Position numbers and translations under genes: made by a program. A stretch of 62,819 bases of DNA, counting the filler, from Sphacelaria rigidula (lineage: Eukaryota): assembly GCA_964200075.2 (NCBI GenBank). It is 8 parts of 8 records of this genome, joined end to end, with 100 filler letters (N's around TTAATTAATTAA, not from the genome) between each part and the next. Parts side by side here need not be neighbours in the genome. Positions count along the whole stretch, not along the records: positions 23,597 to 31,361 come from CAXNAA020013522.1; positions 31,462 to 39,226 come from CAXNAA020013523.1; 6 more parts are not named here. One strand, written 5' to 3'. Shown piece by piece: positions 24,443-37,214 of this stretch. Each line of letters opens with the position of its first letter. The first letter of the stretch is position 1. The notes beneath the pieces are model-generated. The model ran no database searches, was not told the DNA's origin, and was given only the letters and a program-made list of their open reading frames with translations.

Positions 24443-24662
24443 GTAATTATTTCTTCACCTGCTCTTCTGCCCTGGACAAGGAGCGGGCATGACCAACAAT
24501 CGGAGTGGATCAAGAGATGCAGTTATTCCTTTACCTGCTCTTCTGCCCTGGACAAGGAGCGGGGATGACCAAGAATCGGAGTAGATCAAGAGATGCAGTT
24601 ATTCGTTTACCTGCTCTTCTGCCGTGGACAAGGAGCGGGGATGACCAACAATCGGAGTGGAT
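24443..24662. repeat. 76-bp tandem repeat, ~3 copies
   Basis: ACCTGCTCTTCTGCC recurs at 24457, 24533 and 24609. Confidence 0.9.
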
Positions 24663-27208
24663 AAACAAAAAGTAAAGATGGAAACGCCTGCGACAACGAC
24701 GAACAAAAAAGGTCCAGATCACGCCTCAACGCTGTTGCCTGTCCCCTCTGTGCCCTAGTCGCCTAACTGCCACGCGTCTTGCCGCCTGCAATGAAAGACC
24801 AACCAGCCATCGACCTCTACTTTACGAAGGGGGGACCAGAATAACACTAGCGCCCACACAATAATGTTGTCGTGTCAATCCGACATCACCACTAACCCCA
24901 GCACCAACAACACCACCACAACCACCTACTGGACCATCACTCATCCAGCAACTATCGCTGTTGCCTTCACCCCTCTTCAACACTCGTGCCCGGCAGTACT
25001 TTCTTCGCCGCCGGTGTTCTTGTCGCCGCCGATACCATCTACACTATCTTCGTCTTCACTGTCAGAATCGGCGCCTTCATCCCCCTCAACATCGTTCGGC
25101 GCCCTTCTCCGTTTCCGCTTAGAGGTGGCAACAGAAGTGAGAACCCGGAACCCCGTTCCCCCCATGACGTACTGCCCGGGGTGGATGTAGAGGGGACTCT
25201 TGTGAGCGTTCCTACTGGTGATAGCTTTGGCATTTTAGATGGTGGCGCGCATGGCATACTTTCCTCCCTCCCTCCTGCCCTTTACAGCATCCAGAATTGC
25301 ATCTCAGCTGCCCCCCTGCGAGACCGACGATTCCATTGTAAGGAGGACGTCTTCGTCCCCCTCCTCCCACGACAGGTGATACAAGGGACATGTACGATCT
25401 AGTCTCATGTAGAGGGCGGCGCGAGGTCGGCACAACTCCTTCCCTCTCGCCAGCGTCCACGAGAGCTGACGATTGGTTGCCACCAAAACCAACCTCACGT
25501 ATTGATGTTCTGCCTCCTCGTCTGTGAGGGATTCCACCGCTTCCTCTGGGGTGTTGTAAATGATTAGCTGCCCCCAGCATCCGATGTCCATGTGCTTCAG
25601 GCTTGTTCCCGAAGGCGGTGTAATGACGAACAGCTCGTTGATGTTCGGGTCGCGGGGCTGACCGGCGAAGTTCAACGGAAGAGCAGTGGCGAAAACAATC
25701 GGTAGCCAAATTTCAGATACGACAGTAGCTCGATGCAGTGAGAAGATGAAAATGGCATCATGCCTTTTGGGACGAAGACAGTTTTCCATGAGACTTGTTC
25801 CAGCGATTATTACGGTCATATCATCAGTGTTTATATATATATATATATATATTCTCCTGATGTCCTCATCCTAACTTCATTCTCGGGGTATATTTCTTGC
25901 ATTTCTTCTTCTTGTGTGGTTGTTTTTTGGCATACATTTCAGTTTCTTGGTGGAGGAAATGATCCCATATTTTCTTGACAACGTTGAATTGGTCCCATTT
26001 TTTTCCCGTTCGACGAAGAGTTACACAACTGTTTTGCGAATTTTACTGAAGAATATTTTCTCAGAGGCCGAATACTATGACTTTTACGGTTCAACATTCT
26101 TCTGTTCGAGCTATTTTATTGCATCAAGTGTTGTACGGCATTGTTTCGACCCCGCAGGAAAGGAAAAATAGGGGCACGATCGAAAAGCTAGTGTAGTCGA
26201 TGCAGCAAGCGGTTCACACCTTCAGCATATATCCGAAGTAGGACAGGCCACGGTGCAGCTCTTCCATGACTTTTTTCTTATCATCGCCGTCGACATTCAG
26301 ATGGGGCGGCGTCAGATCCGCTGGAAGTCCGGAGGGCAGCAAGTCGGGTCCTACGAGGCTTTCTACTTCGGCGTCTGTCGGCGGAATAATTTTTCAAGGT
26401 GATCATCGCGGCAGGGGGCCTATCACGTGAATGGCCACGTCATACTCCACAATTTCCCATGATCGTGGGTATTCAACACTTACCCGACCACGGCACCATC
26501 GAAGGACGACTTCGAATGAGGCGGAGCCGCCTCCAAAACGCACGCGGAGTGAGGGTCGCGCCGCCTACATCCCACACTAGTCGACACCGGCGCTGTCTAT
26601 GAACACTTCACATTTTTTACGTATACGGGCGACGAACCATCGCAAGCCCATATTCAACCGTGGCGCACCTGAAAGCACCCGCTGGCGAAAGCCCTGTCAA
26701 AGGATACGACCACGCGTTCTTCCAGGGGGATCCTGGCATTCGGATTCGCGAAAAACAGCTCCATCCGACGTCCTCAACTTAAGACAACCTCGGCAAACTG
26801 CGTGTCCTCCACGCCGACACCCATCACTGTGTCTCCGGCCATGGAAAACCTTTTGAAAGCAGGTACGAAAATATACAAGGACACATTGGAGGCGATTTGT
26901 ACCGACAATTCAAAGCGGAATGTGATAGCTCCCTGAATATCGATTCGAGAAGAGCAATAATTCACAGTTGTGGATACTCCGCAATACATTCAACAACCGC
27001 CGAAGGAAGGAGAGATGAACATCGCCTTCTTGTGTCACATGAAGTCCAACGTTCGTGATTACCATGGTTTCCTCCGGGTGTCGACCACGTGTCATCTCCA
27101 TCCTCAACGCCGGCAACCTGTGCGTTTTGCCTTGTTCGTCTTTCAGTCCATTACAGTGGCTTTTAGTAATTCAATGAGGACTCCTGTCTGTACATCGAGG
27201 AAAGATTA

Positions 27209-27758
27209 TTCCAAGGTTGTGTTGTGTAGGGCACGGGTATGTTAATTAGGGGAAGAGATTGCTTACAGAACTTGTGGCAAAAGTTACAAACGGTGGGGTG
27301 CCATTTTCGAAGTCTTACAGAAAGTAAGGGACGTGTCGGGTGCGGTATGGGAGGCTAAAAACCGTGCCGGCAATCGGGAATTCCTTGCAGGGCATACCCG
27401 CGCTCCGGGAACGGGTAAACGTTGTGTGCAGAACTGGCAGAACTGTCGGGTAACGGCGTGGGGGGCTCACAGAACTCACATAACCTGTGGAGGAGGGTAT
27501 GCGGGGTGCGCAAAAGACCGTATCCGCAATCGGGGGTCGGACGAAGAACGGACCCGTGCTCCCCGCTAACGGTACGAGAGGCTTACAGAACTCACAGAAC
27601 CATCGGGGGAGGGTATCAACGTATTGCCGACATGACAAAACTGTCGGGTTTGGATACGAAGGCCGGACAGAAGTCTGGGATCTGTCGGGTACGGTTAATA
27701 ACCGGGCAAACACCCTGGGTATACCGAAAACCGGGTTGTACGCAAAACAACGGTGGAA
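27209..27758. mobile_element. MITE with internal ACAGAACTCACAGAACTGTCGGGTA subrepeats (copy 1)
   Basis: Left end TTCCAAGGTTGTGTTGTGTAGGG, degenerate right end CAAAACAACGGTGGAA; colinear with 28643-29231. Confidence 0.7.
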
Positions 27759-27953
27759 TATTCGTCCTAAGTTGTACGCGGAGCCGTTCCCGCGGTCATG
27801 AAAATAGTTGTTCACGTTTTTTTTCCTTCTCCTGTCTGACACGCTTATCCGCGTGGTCCTTTGAAGCTAGATAACGCTTCCTTGGCCTGCAAAATCTCGA
27901 AGGGTAGTTGGTTGTTTCCCGATTGTTCTACCGACGTGGTCGGCTATACTTTA

Positions 27954-28154
27954 AAGGGTAGGTCGACTTGAGTATACTCAATTGTGAGGTATTTCGCAAG
28001 TCGTGCTTAAGGTACTCAAAGTAGCGGCAGGGTTTCAGGGGTCGCTTTCCGGTTACATTTTAGGTACAACTCCCAACACTACCCTAATTGATGTACCTCA
28101 AGTTCGTCTGTCAAACTACCCCGCAATTCAGTGTACTCTACTCGACCTGCCCTG
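27954..28154. mobile_element. ~200-bp MITE
   Basis: AGGGTAGGTCGACTTGAGTA ... TACTCTACTCGACCTGCCCT, with TATACTTT on both flanks. Confidence 0.55.
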
Positions 28155-28642
28155 GTATACTTTTATTGTTGCCGGCGAAATTGTGGTTGCAACATATGCG
28201 CTACCAGGTTATCCGTCACGGCCACTGCCGTTTGACTTCTGGTACCTCCCACCACATCGAAGGGTACGGGAATTTTGGTAGAGCTCTTCCGCAATCAGGG
28301 CGAACCATTATATTCGGTGTTCGTTGCACATCCGCCATAGATCACAACGAGAAAATATTGAACCGTGTGTGGCATCGTCTCTATCGTCTACTGCAATAGG
28401 CAATATTCTACACTGTACGCAGGACACTCTTCGACAATGTCATGTGTTCTTTACGGTGTGGTGATGTGATGTTCGCAAAGCACAAATACGGATAGAAATT
28501 CACCGCTAGTTGCTTCAATGTTTTCGTGTTATTGATATTGCGTTACGATCACGATGGGACCATCGCCTTCCTAGGTGTGTACAGGTCCTGACCGAAACGT
28601 GGAATATCCTTTCCCTTCAGCCGCGGGACGAAGGGCGAAATT

Positions 28643-29231
28643 TGCAAGGTTGTCCTTTGTAAGGCACGGATACATTCTGTAGGGCATGAGATTCCTTACA
28701 TAACTTTCAGAACCGTCGGGTACCGGTATGGCCGTCTCACAGAGTTCACGGAGCTGTCGGCTGCCGGTACGAAAGTCTCACAGAAGTCACAAAAGTCGTC
28801 GGGTACGGTATGGGAGGCTTACGGAAAAAATGGTACCGGCAATCAATCGGGTAACTCTTTTAGGGTATACCCGCCCCTCGGGTTAGGGTGACGCTTTTGT
28901 ATTGAACTGACGGAACTGTCGGGTAAGGGTACGGGAGGCTTACAGAACTCACATAAACTCTCGGGTAGGGTATGGAGGTTGCCCAGCAAACCGTGCCCGC
29001 AATCGAATATCTTATCAAGAGCGTACCGTGCCCCCCCGGTCACGGTACGGGAGTCTTACAGATATTACAGAAATATCGGGTAGGGGTATCAAAGTGTTGC
29101 AGAGATTACAGAACTGTCGGGTACCGGTACGAAAGTCTTACAGACATCACAGAACTGTGGGGGACGGTAAATAACCGGAAAAATACCTCGGGTACACAGG
29201 AAACTGTACCCTACAGAACACAACCTTGGAA
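28643..29231. mobile_element. MITE with internal ACAGAAC...GTCGGGTA subrepeats (copy 2)
   Basis: TGCAAGGTTGTCCTTTGTAAGG ... CCCTACAGAACACAACCTTGGAA. Confidence 0.75.
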
Positions 29232-31361
29232 ATTTGGGCTGTCCCTATTCTAACTCTCACCTGCCCACCAGTACCTGTAGGATCTTGGTATGCAAGGCAC
29301 AGCATCGGCCGACGTTCGGCGCTCCCATAGGGTACGACAGGTCACCTACGACCTGCCGAAAGTCGGGAGTTGGCCCCTTATGGTTCCCGAAGGCGTCGTC
29401 GAAGGTGACACGCTCGTTTATTGTGCATGTTGGCCCTTTCTCGATGGGCACCTTGTGCGCCACGAGAACCGCCTCCACGCAGTTAGTAGCATGCCGCGCC
29501 ACACCTTACTTCGAGCGGCCTCCGGAGTGGGAATTGTACAAAAGGAGCAGCGGGCTGTCCTCCACAGCGATAGACGCATCTTAGTCCAGCACATCTGTGG
29601 GTGTGCGGTTGAGGAGGAGGAAATCGGAAAGAAGGGAACGGCGGGAAGTCCATGACTCAGTCCGTGTGTGACGTCCGACGTAGCACCCACCGCGACGAAG
29701 ATAAAAAAATTCATGCAGTTGCATGACAAACCTATAAAAGGACTACTGCGTGCACGAACCGCGCATGCCATGCATCATGGAGTAAAATTGCGGTCAGAAC
29801 CCGTAGCCGTCTCGAATACGCTCTTGTCATCGCGCGGGCAGCAGTGGACTAAAGCAGTCAACATTCCCGGTGACGGGTGAAGCGTGGGCCGGTCACTTGA
29901 CGCGAGGGGGGAAAGGCGCCGAGTATCACGGTTGATGTTTGTTTTCATCATGTCGAACGTGCTGGTGCGGGCACTCGCCGCGCCTTCGGCCACACGGGGC
30001 ATGTGTCTGTGTCATGATTCCATTCACATGCTCCGTAGAATAATATGATGTCGGGACGTCAATTTGTGTTTGTTTTTTTGGGTCAGCTGGTTTCTCGCCC
30101 CTTCTAAAACGAAGGACATGTACACAAAACCATGCGCACTCACTCCGAATGCGGGCTCCGTGCACCACCCATGGGCGGGGCATGTTAGATTCGATCGTTC
30201 CGCTGGAGTGCAGGGACTCCAGTATCCGGAGTGTGCAACGCCACAGGGAGTCATTTGAGGTCTTCGACCTACGCAGGAGACTCTTCTCAGCATCAATGGC
30301 GACGACGATGAGCTTCGGTGGGGTTGTGACCGGCAGAGGACTGTCACCTTCGAAGAGGTCGTCTCCCTTCAGGAGAGGGAGTCCTCTGTGCAGAACGGTG
30401 TTCTGCGCCCTTCATGACCACGACGGGGGAGGAAAATACGGGCGGTAGAGGGATGGCACATGAAATGGTTGCGTTGCTGAACAGGTCGGCGGTACGATGG
30501 CATCGGTGCAGGAAGTGGACGGAAGTATTTCTTTTTCTGAGGCATGTGCAGTCGCGGGAGGAATGAACCTCTCCATTCTTCTCCGCACCATCGACGAAAC
30601 AGTGCCACCGCAGATATTTCGTGCTCTCACCTGCAATCCGCCACCGTTTGTCGGGTGGGCGCCGCTATATCCACCGCAGACTTCCTAATCTTCTTGCGCT
30701 TCCCTTTTCCTCCCCCGCCTTCATCCCCGTCTGTCGTCGATGCCACCTCTTTGCACTCGAGGCATCGGCGGTACGCCATATCGTTCAACGACAAGCTTGA
30801 GTCGTCTACGATGGGCTCGAGGAGGTCGCAGATAGCCAGGTGAAACATTCCGCAGTGAACGCAATGATATCTGTTCATTCGCCACACGAGCGCCGGAGGA
30901 GTGGCCATTGTTGTTGCAGAAATTGTTGTCGTTGCGTACAAAGGTGCATTTTCTGCCCCATGAGATTGACGCGAGGCACTCAAATTATGATATGAATCAG
31001 TCCCGATATATATTTGCTCAATATTTCCCCGCACCGTCTCGCACCAGATTTCGAACAACAAGCACCAAACCTGCGGCGATGATTCGCCAGCGTAATACTG
31101 TTCCGACACGCTGCCGGCCCCGTGTGTAGCTGGCCCCGCCTTACATCAACTTGTGGAGAGAGTTTCAAATCTGCTGCGGGTAAAGAATGGGGCACAAGCG
31201 TAAGACTCTCGATGGCTCATTTCATTTCAGAGCAATGATAACGTTTGCAGTTTTCCGTGAAATGACGATAAGTCACGGGTATAACTTAACGAAGCAGGGG
31301 CCAGCGACATTTGCTTGTTTGTTGTGCCCGATGCACTGTCCGTATCACAACTGAAAGTCAG

Positions 31362-31461
31362 NNNNNNNNNNNNNNNNNNNNNNNNNNNNNNNNNNNNNNN
31401 NNNNNTTAATTAATTAANNNNNNNNNNNNNNNNNNNNNNNNNNNNNNNNNNNNNNNNNNNN
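31362..31461. other. Artificial contig spacer
   Basis: N44-TTAATTAATTAA-N44. Confidence 0.98.
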
Positions 31462-31552
31462 CACCACACCCCCACACCCCCACCCCCCCCCCCCCACCCC
31501 CCCCCCCACCAAAAAAACACGGGCCCCCCCCCCCCCCCCCCCCTCCACCCCC
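31462..31552. repeat. C-rich low-complexity tract at the contig start
   Basis: Runs of C, possibly a retroposon C-tail. Confidence 0.7.
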
Positions 31553-34476
31553 ATATGTCAACTCCGCTCGTCACGGGGAATATCACACATCAAATCCGGA
31601 GTACTACACTCAGGGCTCCAACAAAGCCACTTCCTTCACGAGGCGGTCTTCTCCCATCCCTGTCTGCCGCCTCGTTCCTACCCCACCCAAGACGACAACG
31701 AGTCCCAACCTTGACTTCTGGAACACGCGAGGCCTGCCCCTCACCCTCTTTTTCTCCGCATGCCAATTCCGCCCGCCTCGCGGCATACCATAGGTGATAC
31801 ACGGAATATCTCACCTAGGGCGCCAGAAAACCGCACACCCCATTTATTCCAAGAACTAGCCCTCTCCCTCCTTCCTCGCCTGCCCTCTCACATGTGCGCC
31901 TCGCAGGGCGAACAGCAAGTCCTAACCTCGAATTCTTACGCATGCAAGTCCTCACCCCTTCTTCCCCGCCCCCCGTCCTGCGTATATTCGGTCTGCTGCG
32001 TGCTATACCATGGGTGATGACACGGAGTAAACCTCGCAGCACGGCGAGAAGTCCCGACCTCCACTTACTTCACGAGCATGCTCTCTTCCTCCCCATTTCC
32101 CTGCCACTGCATGAACCGCCTAGGTGTCAACAAACCCCAACCTCGACTCCCTCTCCACTATCAAATTCCCTTCTCTGTTCCTGCTCCCTTGCGTATGCCG
32201 CCGGGCCGCCGAAAAATCCCAAGTTTGACTTCCCCAACAACGCACCCCTCGCGTTTCAGGCTCCCGGACCCCCTTCCGCTGCAAATCCCGCCTACTACAA
32301 GGCATACGGTATGCGAAATACGGTGTACACCACCCAGGGCGACAGCAACTATCACGCCGCATTTTCTCAACAAGCACGCCCTACTTCTCCACCAGCGTCC
32401 ACTCCCACGCGTAGGCCACCAGGACGGCATCGAATCCCAAACGTGACTTTGTATGAGCCACCCTACTCCCTGGGGCCTCACGACTCTCCCATACGCAAAA
32501 TTTCGCCAGCCATGACGTATATAAGAAGGAATATGCGGAGTTACACCCAGAGCGACGAACGATTACGAGGTGACGTCGACTTTCTACACAAGCAAACCCC
32601 CGCCCTCGCGCTTCTCACCCTCAAGCGGCGAACACGTCTGTCATGAGGCGTACCCTAGACGATGTACGTGGTATATCACCCGGGGCGAAGCTAGGTTCCA
32701 ACTTCGGCCCCTCTACACGAGCAAGACCTTCTCCCCCGCTCCCCCTATGCAACTGCTTCCGCCCGCCACGACGTGTACGATAATCATCCATGGCGACAGT
32801 AACTCCCGAGGTCGATTGTCCCTACAAGCAAAGTGCCATGGTGCCGAAGGACCTAAATCTCAGTCATTGTACCATACCGTTTTCTTCGTAAGTGGACCAT
32901 GGAAGGGCCAGCTCACAAGACGCTACGCTCTCCGCGAGATAGCGCCTCGTGTTGCACCCATATACGGTGTTCATGCTCACACGAGGTGAGTATGCAAGGA
33001 TCAAGCACCGCTCTTGACGGTTCATGTCCCGCGTTCACATAACGAGTCCATCCGACGTTTGCCATGAATCAACACACGATCAAACGACCCAGCCCTTTCC
33101 CCCAATTCAAAGTTACAAGCTCAAGAACACAAAATGCATCCCATTGCATGTAATGATAAATAACAACGTGGTTTTCAACAGTTCTTGCTTCCATGTTACG
33201 TTTTCACCATCAGATCACAGACGATCTGATATATCGCAGGACGTCCACCTCCTACCGCCACCATCGCCATCGCCATCGCCATCGCCATCACCACCTCGAC
33301 CTGTCAACCCAGACGATGCATGCGGTATCTCGTGCAACGCCGACATCCACAGTGACGGTCAGGATCGTACTGCACACCGTGGAAGACAGGGAATCTCAAG
33401 AGCGACCTCCAAAGCTGAGCCGAACACCAACCAGCGACACGGTAGGATGGCGCGGGAGGGGGGATGAGGGAGTCGGGAGGGGTGTTCAGTTGCTATTGAA
33501 TCAGCATCATCACTATTACCTGATACGCGACTGTGATATCCAGATGTCCATCGTGGACACTGAAAGGGCTATTCCCTCCGATGCTTTCCTCGCTACCCGT
33601 CCGTCATCTCAAGGATCGATCCATTTACCCAAGTCTTCCTCGACAGGGCAGGGCGAGGGGCTGGGATTTAGTTGGTATGGGCGCAGGCCTTGCTTGGAGA
33701 GAGCGCTCACTGTTTTCATCCCGCGCGTTGTTTGTACTACTGTAGTATGGGGGACGGGAAAGGCCGCGAGAGGGCTGGTGAGTTGCTCTATATCATTTTT
33801 TCCGGCATGTACCCAAGCAGAGACGGGTTGGTTGAGCCCTCGAGAACATATCCCTCGAAACCATGGTATGGACTCACAAGCGTCAATCTGGGGTAGGTGG
33901 TCGAAACTAGGATAGACAAAACTAATCAAAACGAACGCAAAGAGTTGACGTTCGACTCGTACAGCATTGCGTGAGGTATAGTTCAAGCGGTCAGTCAGAT
34001 GCATGTTGAATTGTTTTGTTGCTTGCTGGTACTTTCTGGTGTCGTCTTGCCAGCGGCCCCTAGGGAAGCGTTTTGCGTTGCGTAAGGCTCTACAAGAATG
34101 GGGTCATTTTGATCACGGTGTGGCGTGATTCGTGTGGTGCACGGCATTACAAAGGCATGCTGTGTGTGGAGTCCCGTGTTATGGGCTTTGAGGAGATTGG
34201 CGTATCGGAGCGCAAGGTGTTTTAGTATGATACTGCACAGCACAGGATATTGTGGTATATCACACGGCAGTGCAGCGTATAATTCTACTGCACACTACGG
34301 CGCGAGCAATACCGCACTCGAGTTCCGTCGGCAGAGTGTTTGGGTTCCTTCGCCTCGAGCACGCACGTGTACCATATGTCCGACTACGGGGAGATTTGCA
34401 TTGCATCCGCTATGATCGACGCAATTATCAATCGATCAAAACGCGAGGGCGGACTCGTGATTTGTTGGCAACAATA

Positions 34477-34735
34477 CAAGGGTCGGACGAATGATGATTT
34501 CGCCTGAAAATTACTTGGTTTTAGTACAATTGATTCGAATCGTACGAACCAATCCCTAGGCTTTGTTTCCAGCGTTGCAACCCCGGTACACGCAGCCCAG
34601 ACACGTGGAATGACGCAAAAGTTGCGTGAATACCCCTTGGACCAGCGGTCAACTTTTTTTCTCCCTTCTGGGCAATCAAGCCGAAGGAATCGTGGATTTG
34701 GTGATTCGTAGTCGTGGTGATTCGTCCTAACCGTG
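34477..34735. mobile_element. 259-bp hAT-type MITE with an 8-bp TSD
   Basis: CAACAATA|CAAGGGTCGGACGAAT ... ATTCGTCCTAACCGTG|CAACAATA; second copy at 60191-60447. Confidence 0.85.
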
Positions 34736-34761
34736 CAACAATATCACCACCACAGCCTGTT

Positions 34762-35068
34762 GCCGCGCCACGGTGGTGTAATGGTCCGACTGTTGTCATT
34801 GGGGTGGAGAGAACGGGGGTTCGATTCCCGATGCGTTGGGTTTTTTCCTTCGTGATGTCTGATTTCCACCGTAGAAAGCGGGAGAACGTGAGTAAACAAA
34901 GTAGTCGACTGGTTTTGTGTGACGTGAGTTGACACGGTGCGGGAGTACTGGCCCAATCCGCGAGACCAAAATGAAAGACACGTACCGGGGGAGAGATGGG
35001 TTGATCCCTTGAGACCACGGACTCATCCCGAGGAAGGGGAGGGGTTCAAAGTGTGAGGGGAAAAAAAC
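34762..35068 (+). mobile_element. tRNA-derived SINE, intact copy
   Basis: A box TGGTGTAATGG, B box GGTTCGATTCC and an A-rich end; homologs at 8735-9521 and 38160-38266. Confidence 0.8.
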
Positions 35069-36938
35069 AGAAGTCGGTAGGTCCAGTTACTTGAAGCCAA
35101 TCACTCAAGTCAACCAGTCAACCGACCCACCGACGCATCCACACATTTCGCTTCGAGACTTACCACCCGTGCCTACGTGTGTGACCTGCCTAGCCCTTGC
35201 TTCCCGAGCCTTTCCCACGGCAAGGGATCGCTTCACCAGATGCACTACCACGTACCGCTCTGCCCGCGTCCCTGGATTCCGACCTCTTTTCCACTTGGCC
35301 TGGGTATACGTTTATATGTTTTTCAATTGTAACGTCAAATACGAGGGCAAGTCATTGAGTGCAGCCAACAAGAGACTTTAGGCGAAAAGAGAATGTAAAT
35401 ACACAGGTTCAGGCTGAACGCACCCTGCACAATAGCAACAAAGGTGCTCCGAGTAAGATACGTACCCTGCGATACCCGTCATCCCGGGGCACGATACTCG
35501 GAGTAGTACAATACCCGGCACTCGACTGGACGCAGGCTACCGTATTGACTGCCGGAGATAACCAGCAATCCAGGGGACGCAAAGAGGGCATCCGCCGTCG
35601 AAAATACTCCGGAGTCGAAGATATTTAAGGTATCGAGAGCTCGAAATTCCCTACTTTGCACCCTGCCCTACTGCGAGCACGTGCGAACTGCTGCATCGGA
35701 AGAAGCAAGTCGGAAACTTGATGCAGGTAAAATGAAGTCCGCCGAACGGAGCAAAATCCGCAGGGGAATATACACGCTTTTCAACCATAGCAAGAGATCA
35801 GGACAGCGAGTCCACGTCAAAAACGTGGTGAACCCTCCACACACTTGCACCAATTCGACTGTTTAACGTTCAACAAGAAAAACATATTACTACATACAGC
35901 CAGAACGTGTCTCAGTTTGGAGGTCTAGAAACGGTTCCGACTCAACTTCACCATCACGGACCATCATCTTCCTGTCATTGCACTCTTTAGTTGGTAAACA
36001 AGGGAGGAGGGAGGGTAAAAAAAGGAGGGGGCTTCCAAAAAGGGAGGGGGGAATGATGAAGACAACAAATATCGAAGGAGGTTGCTCGTAGATATCGCAC
36101 TTGACGTACCCTGGGTTGTCGCCAGAGTACTCGCACGAGTATTGAGTATTCTCGGGCCTTGAGATATCGACTGGGAAGTACCTCACCCTACTCTGCCGTT
36201 ATATACCGATGTACGGAAAATCGAACTGGTCGATGCACAAACTGGAACATACCAAGTGCATCACCCCGCGAAGATATAGAGACCCCTTTGGTGGTTAAAT
36301 CAAAACAGTTCCTAATAGCCTTTCGGTACTCGTAGCATACATGATAGACACTCATGATTCCTTAGTTTACAGGCTTGAATCGACACGGCCACCAGCATTA
36401 CCGGTCGGTCACCGTCCCATCACCAGGACATTTCAATGCGTCGCGGTCGACCAAGAAAATTAGTCACCTCTCGAGACTCTCGGGGCTTTCTGCCGTTCTC
36501 CGTTTCTGGCTCTGCTTCCTCCTTACCTCCCTCCTCGTCGTCCTCGCTAAAAACGCCAATCAGTTCTCTACAGGAAACAAAAAACCAAAAGGTGTCCAGC
36601 AAAACGGTTGGCACGGCGGGGGGGGAAAGGGGACTAAAAAAAACCCAAGGGAGGAATGAGGAACGAGAAAAAAAAACAGAGAGCTGAAACATGTGCCCCG
36701 TCACAGTCTCAGTCTTCAAACAGGAAGGAGTAAAAAAGAGCGAGACATGAGTTCATCAATTCGTCTCAATACAAGAGAAGTCAAAAGGAGCGAAAAAGAA
36801 AGAGGCACAGCAGTAAAATCGTACAACGTAGGCTTATGTGGAGTAGTACAGGAAAAAAGTGTTGTGTCGCCTGCCGTGCATGGCGAAACACGGTAGTGAA
36901 CCGCACCATACAACATCACAGGGCAGGACAGGATAGGA

Positions 36939-37185
36939 GACACTTTCTACGATAGCCCTCGCCCCCCAAAAATGCATGGTTTTGCAAGGCAAAATCTTCA
37001 CGTAAATCGAAATGGGAAAGGCCGAGCACAACGAGCAGCTGGGAATTCCCACGCTTGGGTCCGTTCTAGCCAATGTCGCCAATATGAGGCGCTTCATGCA
37101 GCCTGAACTCAAACATCAGGCGCCGTATGGCTTTTTCGTGACACTTTTGGGATGGTTTCGGGGGGGCGCTATCGTAGAAAGTGTC
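36939..37185. mobile_element. 247-bp MITE with an 18-bp perfect TIR and 4-bp TSD (AGGA)
   Basis: AGGA|GACACTTTCTACGATAGC ... GCTATCGTAGAAAGTGTC|AGGA. Confidence 0.85.
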
Positions 37186-37214
37186 AGGACTGCACGCTAC
37201 ATGTTACAGCACAA

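Larger units (their letters stand above)
24977..30910 (-). pseudogene. Decayed multi-exon gene with an N-terminal PHD-like zinc finger; exon remnants ~30910-30631, ~30368-30170, ~29595-29275, ~26860-26495, ~26390-26220 and ~25700-24977
   Basis: Protein-like frames bounded by AG/GT sites (e.g. TGCAG|GTGAG at 30631, AAG|GTGTGA near 26220); motif HCVHCGMFHLAIC...RRCLEC; several in-frame stops; MITEs lie in the inferred introns. Confidence 0.45.

Noticed and set aside
24443-24662. Possible CRISPR array
   Set aside because: Units are contiguous near-identical tandem copies with no unique spacers, in a eukaryotic context with no cas genes.
31894-33915. ORFs of 140-250 aa in contig 5
   Set aside because: No recognisable motifs; possibly decayed retroelement sequence, but not assignable by eye.
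34762-34835. Possible tRNA gene
   Set aside because: A and B boxes are present but there is no proper cloverleaf, and the sequence continues into a repeated SINE body.
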